Below are positions 10,424-20,421 of a stretch of 64,000 bases of DNA, piece after piece (position 1 is the first letter of the stretch; every line of letters starts with the position of its first letter). The DNA is from an uncultured Acidobacteriota bacterium. Lineage in GTDB: Bacteria > Acidobacteriota > Thermoanaerobaculia > UBA5066. The translations under genes were made by a program, and so were the position numbers. The stretch lies in contig CAVZYA010000001.1 of the NCBI GenBank assembly GCA_963779415.1, positions 1 to 64,000 of the forward strand, given 5' to 3'. The notes under the pieces were generated by a model that was not told the DNA's origin, ran no database searches, and worked only from the letters and a program-made list of their open reading frames with translations.

Positions 10424-11353
10424 TCACGGGCAGTGGTCCACGCCCAGCATCCCGTTGTTGTAGTTATCGAGCGTCGAGCCCAGGTTGACCATGGTCTGGC
10501 CGAGCGGGCTCGACGGCGCGACCGAGTCGGTGCCGACGGGCGGGAGGACGAGGCTCCCGATCGCGGTGTCCGCGTCGCTGATCGTCGTTGAGACCACGCT
10601 TCCGTCCGCGCCAGCCAGGATGTTGAGCTTGGCAGCGATGAGCTGGTCGCCCAGGATCAGGAGCGCGTTTCCGCCCGCGGGCTGATCGAGGATCTGCGCC
10701 AGCTCAGCGGCGGTGTAGGCTACGCTTCCGAGATTCAAAGTGCCGGGGACCAGGATCGGAACAAGTGCCTTCCCCGCGGGGCTGCTTCCCCAGAAGCCTT
10801 GCGTGCGCACGCAACCGTCAGGGCTTGGGCTCGGGCTAGGGCTGGGGCTCGGGCTTGGGCTTGGGCTTGGGCTTGGGCTTGGGCTTGGGCTTGGACTCGG
10901 GCTCGGCTCCGGGCTGGGACTCGGGCTCGGCGTTGGGCTCGGGCTAGGCGACGGCGACGGCGACGGTGACGGCAAGAAGTTCCCGAAATTCACCACCGCG
11001 GTAGAAACCTTCTCCGTCAACTCGACCGTCACGCACTCGGGGGTCGTCGGAACGCTCGGCGGCACCGCCACTTCGCAGACTTGATAGCGCTGTAGCGGAA
11101 GGTCCGAGAAGAAATACTCGCCTTCCGAGTTCGTCACCTCGGTCGCGGTGACGGAAGGATCGTCGATTCCGGCGACGAGGATCGTTACGCCCGCGAGCCG
11201 GGGTTCGCCGTCGTCTTCCTGTCCGTTATCGTTCAGGTCGACGAACTTGTGGCCGAAGATTTCCCCCCCCTTGCCAAGGTGCAGGTTTCCCATCGCCATG
11301 GCACCGCACGAGAGAAGAGCGAGAATTCCCAAAGTTCCGGCCAAGCGCTTCAT
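10424..11353 (-). CDS. Secreted protein: SdrD-B/Cna-B-like domain, (SP)n linker, C-terminal domain
   Basis: G.KF.DLNDNGQ.D.GEPRLAGVTI..T.T...G.Y.F..L....Y.V.E motif, VNFGN, Ser-Pro tract, then GCVRTQGFW...QLIAAKLN. Confidence 0.8.
   Translation of the reverse strand: MKRLAGTLGILALLSCGAMAMGNLHLGKGGEIFGHKFVDLNDNGQEDDGEPRLAGVTILVAGIDDPSVTATEVTNSEGEYFFSDLPLQRYQVCEVAVPPSVPTTPECVTVELTEKVSTAVVNFGNFLPSPSPSPSPSPSPTPSPSPSPEPSPSPSPSPSPSPSPSPSPSPSPSPSPSPDGCVRTQGFWGSSPAGKALVPILVPGTLNLGSVAYTAAELAQILDQPAGGNALLILGDQLIAAKLNILAGADGSVVSTTISDADTAIGSLVLPPVGTDSVAPSSPLGQTMVNLGSTLDNYNNGMLGVDHCP
10820..10972 (-). repeat. 6-bp period repeat encoding a (Ser-Pro)n linker
   Basis: Tandem GGGCTT/GGGCTC/GGCGAC units on the + strand. 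Confidence 0.9.
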
Positions 11354-11419
11354 CGAAAAGCCCCCTTTTGCGGCGGATCACCAATGCACTGGGCGTGCCC
11401 GAAATGCTATGAAGGAAAG

Positions 11420-11803
11420 AATGAGACTTCGAACGCTCGTCTTCGTGCTGCTTCTTACGTTCGGATCCGGCTGCGCCGATCTGCCTTCTCAAAAGACTCG
11501 CGCGGAATCGCGCCGCTCGAGCCTGGCGGTCGGGTCGCGCTCGTGTCGAACGTGAAGGGGGCGTTTTCCGACGTCGTTTCGGCGAGTCTTTACTTCTACC
11601 CGGGAAAATTCGAAATCCCGCTCAAGCGCCAGGAGGACGACGTCTGGCGCGGCGACCTTTCGGCCGAGCAGGTCATCGGGATGGCGCGCCAGCTGTACGG
11701 CTTTCGCGTTTATCGAGCCAGGCTCACTGTCGTCTCGCGCGGCCCGTCGGGTGAAAAGGATTCGCGCACGCGCGATCTCACCATCGTGCTTGATCCAGGG
11801 TGA
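11420..11803 (+). CDS. Putative lipoprotein (frameshift ~11500)
   Basis: MRLRTLVFVLLLTFGSGC lipobox joined to the C-terminal part of ORF 11249..11803. Confidence 0.5.
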   Translation, partial: NETSNARLRAASYVRIRLRRSAFSKDSRGIAPLEPGGRVALVSNVKGAFSDVVSASLYFYPGKFEIPLKRQEDDVWRGDLSAEQVIGMARQLYGFRVYRARLTVVSRGPSGEKDSRTRDLTIVLDPG

Positions 11804-11825
11804 ACATTTCGTTCCGCACGCCCTC

Positions 11826-12407
11826 TCACGGTTCGAGCGTGCCCGACAACTGATCAGGGTCGGTGTTCATCTGCGAAGTGATCTTCACGCAGGCAGCGAT
11901 CGCGTCTTCGGCTGAATCCTGTCCCGGCCGCGGCACGTAGACGGCGGCTCGGCCCTCTTCGCGCGGCGCCCATCCGTACTGGACGGCGGCCCAGTCGCCG
12001 GGGCGGAGGTAGTATGTGAAGTGAGCCGAGATGTCGGGCAGCCTCACGGCCTGCGCGCACGCGCCCTTCACCGGCGCGCGAAGCGCGGGTTTCGCCAGGT
12101 AGCGCACCATCCCGATCTCGTACACGTTGAGCTGCGAGATCGAGTGAAGCTCCGAGCACACGGCGCCCGAGGGACCGCCCACGGAGTCGAGCCATACGGG
12201 GAAGATCGAGTGGACGACGATCTGTTGTTGTCCGCCGCCCACCATTCGCCCGCCGCCTCCAACCGTGACGAGCTTCCACTCGCCGATCGGACTGCTGCTC
12301 ATCCCGCAGGGTAGGGGGCGCGAGATTCCGGGCTCGCCGTAGGCGATGGTTCCCGCGAGGGTCATTGAGATGAGGACTAGGGCTCCAGCCAGGGCTCTTC
12401 TGAACAT
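11826..12407 (-). CDS. Secreted hypothetical protein
   Basis: Signal peptide MFRRALAGALVLISMTLAGTIAYG, several Cys. Confidence 0.6.
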   Translation of the reverse strand: MFRRALAGALVLISMTLAGTIAYGEPGISRPLPCGMSSSPIGEWKLVTVGGGGRMVGGGQQQIVVHSIFPVWLDSVGGPSGAVCSELHSISQLNVYEIGMVRYLAKPALRAPVKGACAQAVRLPDISAHFTYYLRPGDWAAVQYGWAPREEGRAAVYVPRPGQDSAEDAIAACVKITSQMNTDPDQLSGTLEP

Positions 12408-12500
12408 GGCTTCTACTCTCCTGATTAGAAGGTAGGCCCCCAGGCTAAGTGCGGGATGAAAACGACATTAGTTTTTATTTATCAGATCCAGTACTTAGTT

Positions 12501-12534
12501 ATTGTTGACTAAATTAGTATATCAATGGTATTTC
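12501..12534 (+). promoter_or_regulatory. Sigma70-like promoter with overlapping imperfect inverted repeat, upstream of PLD
   Basis: TTGACT at 12505, TG-G-TATTTC near 12526-12534, and ATTG..ACTAA-A-TTAGT..CAAT dyad in an AT-rich gap. Confidence 0.35.
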
Positions 12535-12561
12535 ACCCTTCCCTAATAGAGGTACCGCCCC

Positions 12562-14634
12562 ATGCCGACCCCGACCGTGCGTTTCCTTTTTTTCTCAGCC
12601 GTTATGTTCGCGCTGGCCAGCGTGGCGCGCGCCGCAAATCCCTACCAGGCGGATGCGGACGCCATCATGACCTACGAACGTCAGTTCCAGGATCAGCTGA
12701 TCTACGCGAACAAGCGTCCGGTCCAGGCCCTTTTTCAAGAGCGGTTGGACGTGGAGAAGTACCTCGGTTCCGTGCAGATGCGCGTGCTCCAGACCGAAGC
12801 CGACCGTGACACGAAGGCCTTCCTCGTCGAGGTCGTCGAGAGCTTGAAGAAGATCGAGGCCAATCAGAAAAAGTTCGAAGACGATCTCGCGAGCGGGCTC
12901 AAGGCGACGGCTCCAGCGGATCTCGACTTCGTTGACTTAGGCGAGTCGCGCGTGGCGGGCATCAAGCTCCCCGCGGGAGCCGCGTTCGACGTCTACAACG
13001 GCCCGATGATCGACAGGCCGAAAGCTCCGAAGCAGGAGCTCGCTGGCCCCGGCATCAGCGATACGACGGCCAAGCTCGGCACCACGACCCGCGAGATGTG
13101 CTTCTACGATCCTTCACCGACGGATGACATCCTCTCCTTCTTCATGGCCCAGCACGCGAACAACGAGAGCTGCATGTTCAAGCCGGACAGCGCGGAGCTC
13201 ATCAGCGACGGGCCAAAGGCACTCAACGAGAAAATCCTGCTCCTGACCGGCAAGAAGCTCGACCCGGCCGTGCTCGCGAAACATGATCCAAACACCGTGC
13301 TCGACATGTCGAATGCCCCGGACCTCGAGGCGATCGTCATGGGGTATCTCGAGTACAAGAACGACTTTTCGGGCGTCATGGTGTCGCAGGCGCTGAAGTA
13401 TCACGCCAAGCGTGGCACGCAGATCCGCATCATTCTTCCTGGCCTCCCGATCGGGAACTTCGTGCATGCGGAAGATCGGAAGCTCCTCGACTCGCTCACC
13501 AAGTCGGGCGAACCCTGGAGCAAGAACATCAAGGTGCAGGAATATCACTACTTCCCGAAGAACGGCCCCCTCCTCGAGATGGTCAAGTTCATCGAGCGAA
13601 GCTACCACGCCAAGGCGCTCGCGGTTCTCTCGCGCAAGCCCGGCGAGAGCGGCGTGATCGTCGGCGGCCGCAACATCAAGGACACCTTCTATTTCAAGGA
13701 CGCTCCGAAGTTCCCGGGTCATGACGACATGGTCAAGTACCGCGGCCCGGGCGACCCCGGCCCGGGCGATCCTTACATCTTCTTCGGAGACCTCGAGGTC
13801 TCGATCCGCTCGCAAATCGCCGAGCAGGTCGCCGCGAACATCGTCGGCTTCTACGATCGCGACATGTGGGGCTCGAGGATGGTCCGCATGTCCCAGCACG
13901 TGCCGGTGCTGAATCTCACGGCCCCTCAGCGCGCGGACATGATCAACAAGCTCCGGAACACCAACACGGTTCGCTTCTTCTACTCAGTTCCGTTCATTCA
14001 GGACGAAATCGACGGAAAGACGAACATGGAGAATCTCTATATCTCGATGATCAATGCCGCGAAGACCTCGATCAAGCTCGTCAACCCATACGTCGTTCCG
14101 CCGAAGGCGGTGGGCGAGGCGCTCCGCCACGCGGCCGAGAATGGAATCCACGTCGACTTCGTCTCGACGCTCAACTTCTCAGGCGACAACTCGCCGGGCT
14201 TCACGGGCGATCTCAACAAGCTCTTCTTCAACAAGCTCCACGACGAGAACGAACACGACATACAGGACACGAAGAACGGCGGCCACGCGCAGCCGATCGA
14301 CGTTTACGAATGGAACACGACGCCTCGGTCGATCATGCACGCCAAGACGATGCTGATCGACGACGACCTCCTCTACGTCGGAAGCGCGAACTTCGACTAC
14401 CGCTCGACGGTGCAGGACATCGAGGACGGCTTCCTGATGACGGGCCAGCTCGCGAAGCAATTCAAGGACCTGTATGCGAACTTCTACCTGAACCCCAAGA
14501 ACTCCAAGCTAGTCACGGACAAGGAGAAGGTGGGCCTGTTCAGCTGGTCGATCAACGTGCTGGTGAAAGCGCTCGCGCTTCCGCCGCCGGTGGCTCCGCC
14601 CGCTCCGATCAAGGGCGGCGGTGGTCAGCAGTAA
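12562..14634 (+). CDS. Secreted phospholipase D / cardiolipin synthase-like protein
   Basis: Signal peptide and two HxK motifs: YHAKALAVL..VIVGGRNI and MHAKTMLIDDDLLYVGSANFD. Confidence 0.85.
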   Translation: MPTPTVRFLFFSAVMFALASVARAANPYQADADAIMTYERQFQDQLIYANKRPVQALFQERLDVEKYLGSVQMRVLQTEADRDTKAFLVEVVESLKKIEANQKKFEDDLASGLKATAPADLDFVDLGESRVAGIKLPAGAAFDVYNGPMIDRPKAPKQELAGPGISDTTAKLGTTTREMCFYDPSPTDDILSFFMAQHANNESCMFKPDSAELISDGPKALNEKILLLTGKKLDPAVLAKHDPNTVLDMSNAPDLEAIVMGYLEYKNDFSGVMVSQALKYHAKRGTQIRIILPGLPIGNFVHAEDRKLLDSLTKSGEPWSKNIKVQEYHYFPKNGPLLEMVKFIERSYHAKALAVLSRKPGESGVIVGGRNIKDTFYFKDAPKFPGHDDMVKYRGPGDPGPGDPYIFFGDLEVSIRSQIAEQVAANIVGFYDRDMWGSRMVRMSQHVPVLNLTAPQRADMINKLRNTNTVRFFYSVPFIQDEIDGKTNMENLYISMINAAKTSIKLVNPYVVPPKAVGEALRHAAENGIHVDFVSTLNFSGDNSPGFTGDLNKLFFNKLHDENEHDIQDTKNGGHAQPIDVYEWNTTPRSIMHAKTMLIDDDLLYVGSANFDYRSTVQDIEDGFLMTGQLAKQFKDLYANFYLNPKNSKLVTDKEKVGLFSWSINVLVKALALPPPVAPPAPIKGGGGQQ

Positions 14635-14710
14635 GTCTTAGTTCGCCTGAAGCGAGCTGCCGCCGCAGTCGCGGGCAAAAGCCGCCTCGCGCATGTCGAG
14701 TGCGCAGCTG

Positions 14711-14878
14711 TTATTGAGCGACGTGCTCTCGAGGCCCTGGCAGTAGGCTGCCTGTGAGTCGAAGTTGTGTGTTCTGCGTGCTGCAGCCGTTTTCAGAAAA
14801 AGTGTAATTCCTGGAGTCGTTCGAGCCGCAGCCGAAGGCGGCGAATCCGAAGGCCAGGACGATCAACAAGGTACGCAT
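14711..14878 (-). CDS. Small lipoprotein (3' end uncertain)
   Basis: MRTLLIVLAFGFAAFGC lipobox, GAGGAG RBS. Confidence 0.45.
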   Translation of the reverse strand: MRTLLIVLAFGFAAFGCGSNDSRNYTFSENGCSTQNTQLRLTGSLLPGPREHVAQ

Positions 14879-14941
14879 ACGAACTCCTCTGGCTGCTTGG
14901 AATACCATTGACTGACGTAATGCGTCAACAATGAGAATTCC

Positions 14942-15577
14942 TTAGGAATTCGCCTTATTGGCCCAGCCGAAGTACGCGTATCCCATCGGATTCGGCATTC
15001 CGCGCACATAAAAGTTATCGAGGCGCTCGATCTTGAAACCCGCGCCGCGGACCAGGTCTTCGATCTTTCGGTTGAGATGGCAACCGCCGAAGAGTTTTCC
15101 CTGAAGCGGGTTGAGCCGGGTCTGCCACTTCTGGATTCGCGCGTCCGGAGAGAACCCGTGCTCGAGGAAGATGAAAGAACCGCCGGGCTTCAAAACGCGC
15201 AAGACCTCGGCGAGCGCGCGCGGGGCGTTCGGGATCGTGCAAAGGGTGAGGAACGACACAGCGGTGTCGACCGAGTTATCGGGGACGTCGAGTTTCTCGC
15301 CATCCAGGCCCGCCCACTGAACGGGAAAGCGGGCTTTCCTGATCGCCTTGCCCGCGAGCTTCCTCGCGACGGGCGACGGTTCGACCGCCAGCAGCCGGGT
15401 CACGGCGCCTGGCGGATAATGGGGCAGGCTCAACCCGGAGCCGAAGCCGATCTCGAGCACAGTTCCGCGTGCGAGGACCAATGCTTCGCGCCTGTGCCTG
15501 GCCAGCTCTTCCCCCTGCGCCAGGAAATGAATGCAGCGGGGAAGGACGTGCTCCTCGTAGAACTGCTTTAGAGCCAC
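14942..15577 (-). CDS. Class I SAM-dependent methyltransferase
   Basis: VLEIGFGSGLSL, DTAVSFLTLCTIP, RVLKPGG.FIFLEHG, GGCHLNR. Confidence 0.9.
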   Translation of the reverse strand: MALKQFYEEHVLPRCIHFLAQGEELARHRREALVLARGTVLEIGFGSGLSLPHYPPGAVTRLLAVEPSPVARKLAGKAIRKARFPVQWAGLDGEKLDVPDNSVDTAVSFLTLCTIPNAPRALAEVLRVLKPGGSFIFLEHGFSPDARIQKWQTRLNPLQGKLFGGCHLNRKIEDLVRGAGFKIERLDNFYVRGMPNPMGYAYFGWANKANS

Positions 15578-16917
15578 GACTGAAGCGTTTTGAGAATCTT
15601 CTGCTGGGCCGTGTACTCGGTCGAGGCCGGATGAGACGACATCGGGCCCGCGCCCGCGCCGTGATGACCGCCCTGAACGACGACCGGAACGATCTCCCGG
15701 CTCTCGATGTCCTCGAAGGAAATCGAGCTCCACGGATCGGTCGTGCCGTTGACGAGCACGATCCTCGAACCCGAGGTCTTCAGGCGGTCCAGCATACGGG
15801 ACGAGAAATCGAACATGAGGCTCGAATACTCCGGGCCGAACACCTTGCCGTACTCGTTCTGGTAGTAATCCATGCGCAGATTTCCAGGCATGAACGAAAG
15901 CTGGTGCTCGAGGCTCGTGCAGTACAGCCAGCCGTACTGCGTGAACGAGATGAAGCTCCAGCGGTCGTCATCGACCTTGAAGCTCGAGTCATTGCGAGCG
16001 CCGTAGGGCGACTCATGCCAGAACTCCTGGCCGAGGAGGCCCTGGAGCGCCGTGATGAGGCCGTTCGCGTAGTCCTCGTCGGTCTGAGCGGTGAGGATGC
16101 TCTCCTCCAAGCTCGAGATCTGGCCCGACTGCGCGAACTGCGCGATGTCGGTGACCAGGATCGCGGCGATGTCCTGCTTGCTGAAATCCGAGTTCGGCAT
16201 CGAGAACTGCTCCTGCACCCACTGCTTGCCCGCGGGGGTGTCCATCTGCTCCATGATGTAATTGACCGCGTGGCGGACCTTGGCCGTTAGATCCGGGCCG
16301 AACGCCTTGACGGCGACGGCTTCGTACGTGTCGAAGCCCGTGGGCAGGACACGGAGCGGCGCCGAGAACGCGAGTGCCCCCGCGGCCAACTCGGGATGAG
16401 CGAGGCGGTAGTACGTGGCCAGAGTGGCGGCGTACGAGATGCCGTAGGTGAACCACTTGCCCTTCAGTCCGTAAGTCTTCATGACCTCTTTCTGCGCGGC
16501 CGAGAGATCCTCGATCGCGAGCTCGGTCGAAAGGTAGGTGAGGTCATCCTGGGAAAGTCCGCCCGGCCGGCCGGGCTGGCTCTGGCCGAAGAAGCGATGC
16601 TCAGCCGAGACGACATACGCGCCCAGAGTCTGCGCGAGATCGCCGACGACCGCGTCGACTTCCGCGTGGCTGTCGCCCCATTCGCCGGTGAGATAGAAAA
16701 TCACGGGCGAGTTTTCGTCCTTCGCGAACGTCTTCGAAAAGAAAACGCGCTGATCGAAGTGCTCGCTTGAGCCCGGGCCCACGGGACGCACCACCTTCAT
16801 GTCGGTGAACACCATGGGCGCCGCCGTCTTCTTCGCCAGGTGCAGGTACTGCATCGGCGAGTGCGAAGCGTGAGCGGGAGAAGCCAGGGCGACGAATAGG
16901 AGCGGTAGGATTGTCAT
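15568..16917 (-). CDS. Secreted S28 family serine peptidase
   Basis: HFDQRVF, EHRFFGQSQP, GISYA nucleophile elbow, SAPL, NGTTDPWS, GGHH, plus a signal peptide. Confidence 0.85.
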   Translation of the reverse strand: MTILPLLFVALASPAHASHSPMQYLHLAKKTAAPMVFTDMKVVRPVGPGSSEHFDQRVFFSKTFAKDENSPVIFYLTGEWGDSHAEVDAVVGDLAQTLGAYVVSAEHRFFGQSQPGRPGGLSQDDLTYLSTELAIEDLSAAQKEVMKTYGLKGKWFTYGISYAATLATYYRLAHPELAAGALAFSAPLRVLPTGFDTYEAVAVKAFGPDLTAKVRHAVNYIMEQMDTPAGKQWVQEQFSMPNSDFSKQDIAAILVTDIAQFAQSGQISSLEESILTAQTDEDYANGLITALQGLLGQEFWHESPYGARNDSSFKVDDDRWSFISFTQYGWLYCTSLEHQLSFMPGNLRMDYYQNEYGKVFGPEYSSLMFDFSSRMLDRLKTSGSRIVLVNGTTDPWSSISFEDIESREIVPVVVQGGHHGAGAGPMSSHPASTEYTAQQKILKTLQSWL

Positions 16918-16981
16918 TACTAGGGCTTAGACCTCAATTCGGTCCTTGGAAAGTCAAATGCGGCGTGTTAACTCGCGACGC

Positions 16982-17983
16982 ATGAAGACCAAAGGTGGGT
17001 TGGGGATTCTGGTAGGAACACTGTTGTTTGCCGCGAACGCCGCGTACGCGGTCGATATCGCCGAAGTCGGGCGCCAGCTCGCGGGGCCCGGCTGCGACGG
17101 CTGGATTCACGGCTCGGTGTCGGATCGCAACCTGTACGTGTTCACCTACCGCACCCCCGGCAACTTCTTCGACTACATCGAAATGTCGCTCGTGTCGTTC
17201 GATCCCGCGATCCTTCGCCAGCTGGCGACTTTCTCGCGCAACGACGAAGTGCTCGTGAAGGGCAGCTTCATGAACAACCCGAGTCCGCAGAAACATATCC
17301 AGGTGTCCTCGATCTCGATGGTGAAGAAGTTCGAGCCCGCTTATCCGGTCGCCCCGTACCAGTACCAGGCGCGGATTCCCGATGAGCTTCTGCATCTCTC
17401 GCGCGCGACGGTGCTCGTCCACGCCGTCGGCGGCGACGGGAAGATCCTGGTCGTCGAGTACAAGGACCAGATCGTCCCGATCTACGTGACCAAGCCCGAG
17501 CTCACGCAGGGCCTGTACCGGAACGACGTGATCGATGTCGCGATCAAGATCCAAGCCACTCCGAACCGGCCGACCCACTTGAACGTGGTCGACACGGATC
17601 CGGCTCCTCTGAAGGTCGTCGACTCGATCCGGGCGCTTCACGGGAAGCCCGCGGCGGTCACGGGCGCGCTCATCCTTTTCCCGAAGAGCCCGGAGATCAA
17701 GACCAACGTCTTCGCCGTCGAGCAGAAGCTGGATAACGGCCTGACCCGCCAGTTCACGCTCACCAACATGAGCGACATGAACGTGTTCATGCAGATTCTG
17801 AACAAGCTTCAGGCCGCCTGGGACAAGTACCCGGGCACGTACGTGAACGGAAGGAACAAGCGCGTTTCGACCAAGATCCAGGTCAAGGCCACGGGCACCT
17901 TCAACGAGGTCGACCCGAGCCAGGCGAACGCGCAGATCTTCCTCGACTCCGCCGACAAGGTCGAAGTCCTCGTCGATAACTAA
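16982..17983 (+). CDS. Secreted hypothetical protein
   Basis: Signal peptide ending AYA. Clean long ORF with host-like codon use. Confidence 0.75.
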   Translation: MKTKGGLGILVGTLLFAANAAYAVDIAEVGRQLAGPGCDGWIHGSVSDRNLYVFTYRTPGNFFDYIEMSLVSFDPAILRQLATFSRNDEVLVKGSFMNNPSPQKHIQVSSISMVKKFEPAYPVAPYQYQARIPDELLHLSRATVLVHAVGGDGKILVVEYKDQIVPIYVTKPELTQGLYRNDVIDVAIKIQATPNRPTHLNVVDTDPAPLKVVDSIRALHGKPAAVTGALILFPKSPEIKTNVFAVEQKLDNGLTRQFTLTNMSDMNVFMQILNKLQAAWDKYPGTYVNGRNKRVSTKIQVKATGTFNEVDPSQANAQIFLDSADKVEVLVDN

Positions 17984-18064
17984 GTTTTACATAGCTCTTA
18001 CATAAAGAGCGAACCGTCCCGGCTCGGACGCTCGTAGAACCTCCAGTCAACACGGAGGTTCATC

Positions 18065-18919
18065 ATGCGTCTACGGAAAGACGGTCTTATTGTCCTTGCG
18101 CTCGTGGCTGTCTCGGTTTCCGGCTGCGAGTCCGCCACCGCGGTCTCGGGCCCGCCGGGCCCGGCCATGCCGACCGCGCTCGATCCCACGGCTCCGCCTG
18201 GCACGGCACCCGCCCCCGTTACGACGCCTCCGGGAGGCAGCACGCGCTCCTTTCAGACCGCGGCTCTCGTCTATAACGGCGCCGGCGCCTGGACGTCGGA
18301 GGTCGCCAACCTCGAGTCGATCCTTACCTCCCACGGCCGGAGCTACCAGGAGGTGACTTCGGCCTCGCTGACGGCGCTCACTCAGGACCAGCTCGGTCAG
18401 TTCGGCACGATCGTGTGGCCCGGCGGCGACGGGACGTCGATGCTCAACAGCGTCGACGGCAACACCCGGATTCGCATTCGCTCGGCAGTGCTCGACTCCG
18501 GCGTGGGCTATGTCGGCTTTTGCGCGGGCGCGTTCCTGGGCGTGAGCCCGGCCCCAGCGGCGGGACAAGCGCCAGGTTACTTCTCGCTGCTCGCTCTCCC
18601 GGTGCTCGACTACTACTATCTCGAGAACCAGGGCGTGGCGTACGCGATGACGCTTGAGACCTTCGCCGACGGATCCCAGCACAACATCGTCTGGTACGGC
18701 GGCCCCGTGACCCCGAACATCGCGGGTGGCGTCGTCGCCAAGTATCCGACGGGCGATCCCGCGATCACCGAGGCCTTCTCGGGCAAGGGCCTGGTCATCG
18801 TCTCGGGAGTGCATCCCGCGTCGCCCGACCTCGGGATCGGCAGCACCGCCGGCGACTTCGATGTCGCATGGTCGCTGATGAATGCGGCGATCACCCAGGC
18901 CCTGCTCCCGGCGTTTTAG
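18065..18919 (+). CDS. Lipoprotein with BPL_N / class I glutamine-amidotransferase-like domain
   Basis: VSGC lipobox, IVWPGG, YVGFCAGAF, GKGLVIVSGVHP. Confidence 0.75.
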   Translation: MRLRKDGLIVLALVAVSVSGCESATAVSGPPGPAMPTALDPTAPPGTAPAPVTTPPGGSTRSFQTAALVYNGAGAWTSEVANLESILTSHGRSYQEVTSASLTALTQDQLGQFGTIVWPGGDGTSMLNSVDGNTRIRIRSAVLDSGVGYVGFCAGAFLGVSPAPAAGQAPGYFSLLALPVLDYYYLENQGVAYAMTLETFADGSQHNIVWYGGPVTPNIAGGVVAKYPTGDPAITEAFSGKGLVIVSGVHPASPDLGIGSTAGDFDVAWSLMNAAITQALLPAF

Positions 18920-18934
18920 TGTATACTGGCCAGC

Positions 18935-19339
18935 ATGCTGCGAGTGCTGGTCCTCATCCTGCTCTTCTCTGTTTCCGCGTTCGCGGATGACGAAGAAGAG
19001 TGGACTCACTTCACCTGCCCTTCGGCCAACTCAGTCGGCGCGTACGGGAGCGTGAAGTTCGAGTATGAGCTCCCGCCCGGGTGGGCGCCGGTGCTTCCGC
19101 CCAAGCAAGCCGAGAAGTGGATGGCCACGCGGCTCGTTTCCCAACAGCTGAGCCTGCTCGAGGGGACGCTTCACCTGACCTGCTCGTACGCGACGGGCGG
19201 CGAGATGATCGCCGATGTCGAACGACTCGTGCCGCAGGCCGAGCTCAAGTTCACGGAATGCATCAAGGAGCACGCGAAACATTGCGCGATGAAGGGCAAA
19301 GGCGCCGGAAATATCGAACGGCCGAGTACGCCTGCCTGA
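18935..19339 (+). CDS. Secreted hypothetical protein
   Basis: Signal peptide ending AFA, four Cys. Confidence 0.55.
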   Translation: MLRVLVLILLFSVSAFADDEEEWTHFTCPSANSVGAYGSVKFEYELPPGWAPVLPPKQAEKWMATRLVSQQLSLLEGTLHLTCSYATGGEMIADVERLVPQAELKFTECIKEHAKHCAMKGKGAGNIERPSTPA

Positions 19340-19418
19340 TCGATGTGAAGCTGCATGAGCACTCGCCCGAGACGAGCGGCTTTCTCTGCTCCGTTCGGGG
19401 TGTTGAGCTGCGAGGATT

Positions 19419-19910
19419 GTGAGTTCAAATGTCGCAACTGATTCGCCCCGCGATGCTGTTCCTTTCGCTGGGTTGACCGCGCTCTTCGCCTCCTGCCAGA
19501 GACGCGAAGTGGTGCCCGAGGAGCAGCCTCTCCGAAACCCGCCCCGGTCGTCGCGCCCAAGCCTCCCAGCGATCCTTTCATCGCGCTCTTTCGAGCTTGG
19601 GGCGAAGGTCGCGTGACGAGGCAGGAGTTCAAAGACCACTTCCTCGCCGCCTTCACCGCGGCCGACGCGCTTGACGGCAAGAGTCGGCCGGCTCGGCACC
19701 GATCGCCGAGACGCTGCGGGGGAAACGCTCCGGGCTGTGCGGGCGGCTGGCCTGAACCGGCGACGGCAGCTCTGGCTCAAGGAGTTCCTCGACAAGCTCG
19801 ACGATCTCTTCGACAGCGCCGATGCAGGCCGAACGACGTTCTTGGAGCAGGAGCTTTCGATCTTGCGGCCCGGATCGAAGTCGTTCTCGGACAAGCCGTT
19901 GATCGAGTGA
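19419..19910 (+). CDS. Putative lipoprotein (frameshifted)
   Basis: LTALFASC lipobox. Pieces lie in ORFs 19419, 19613 and 19671. Confidence 0.35.
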
Positions 19911-20180
19911 GTCCAGAGCTCGATGACGCATTCCCCAGGAGATGTGCAAATCGGGGTGATGCCCTTCGTGCTCGGAAAGCTTCGCGATGCGGTTGGCGAA
20001 ATCCATCGGCCCCATGAAATCCTTGAAGCGGAAGATCTTGTGAAGGCGGCCGTCGTCGGTGAAGCTCCAGCCGCTTCCGAGCTCGCCGAGAAACTTCTGC
20101 GCCTGAGGCGAATCGAGCGCGGGCGTGCCTTTCTGGCAAGGGACGCAGCCGCGGTCCGCGAGGCGCTTCGTCTTCGGCAT
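19840..20180 (-). CDS. phhB: Pterin-4-alpha-carbinolamine dehydratase (frameshifted; 3' end approximate)
   Basis: CVPCQKG, FRFKDF, EHEGHHPDL, LWTHSINGLSENDF. Confidence 0.85.
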
Positions 20181-20421
20181 CTCAATGACTTTAGCACCTC
20201 TCGCGATTTTCTGAAGATCGTCGATGAGAGCTTCCGGCTCCTCGTACGTGTCTTCCATCAGGAAGTCCGTGAGGTCGCGAACAGGGATGTAACTGCCCAT
20301 TCCGTCCTCCACCTCGAAATCGCCCACCGCGTAATCGATGTTGGAAATGTCCATCGGGAACGACTCGGCGCGGAGCGCGCGGATCACGCGCGCCATCCCG
20401 CGGGGGAGCGGGTCGGTTCAT
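20181..20421 (-). CDS. Small acidic hypothetical protein, in frame with the dehydratase as written
   Basis: N-terminal part of ORF 19653..20396. A stop may be hidden by an indel. Confidence 0.4.

Noticed and set aside
10820-10972. CRISPR or non-coding tandem repeat (also considered 32781-32952)
   Set aside because: Both are in-frame coding repeats without unique spacers, and no cas genes are present.
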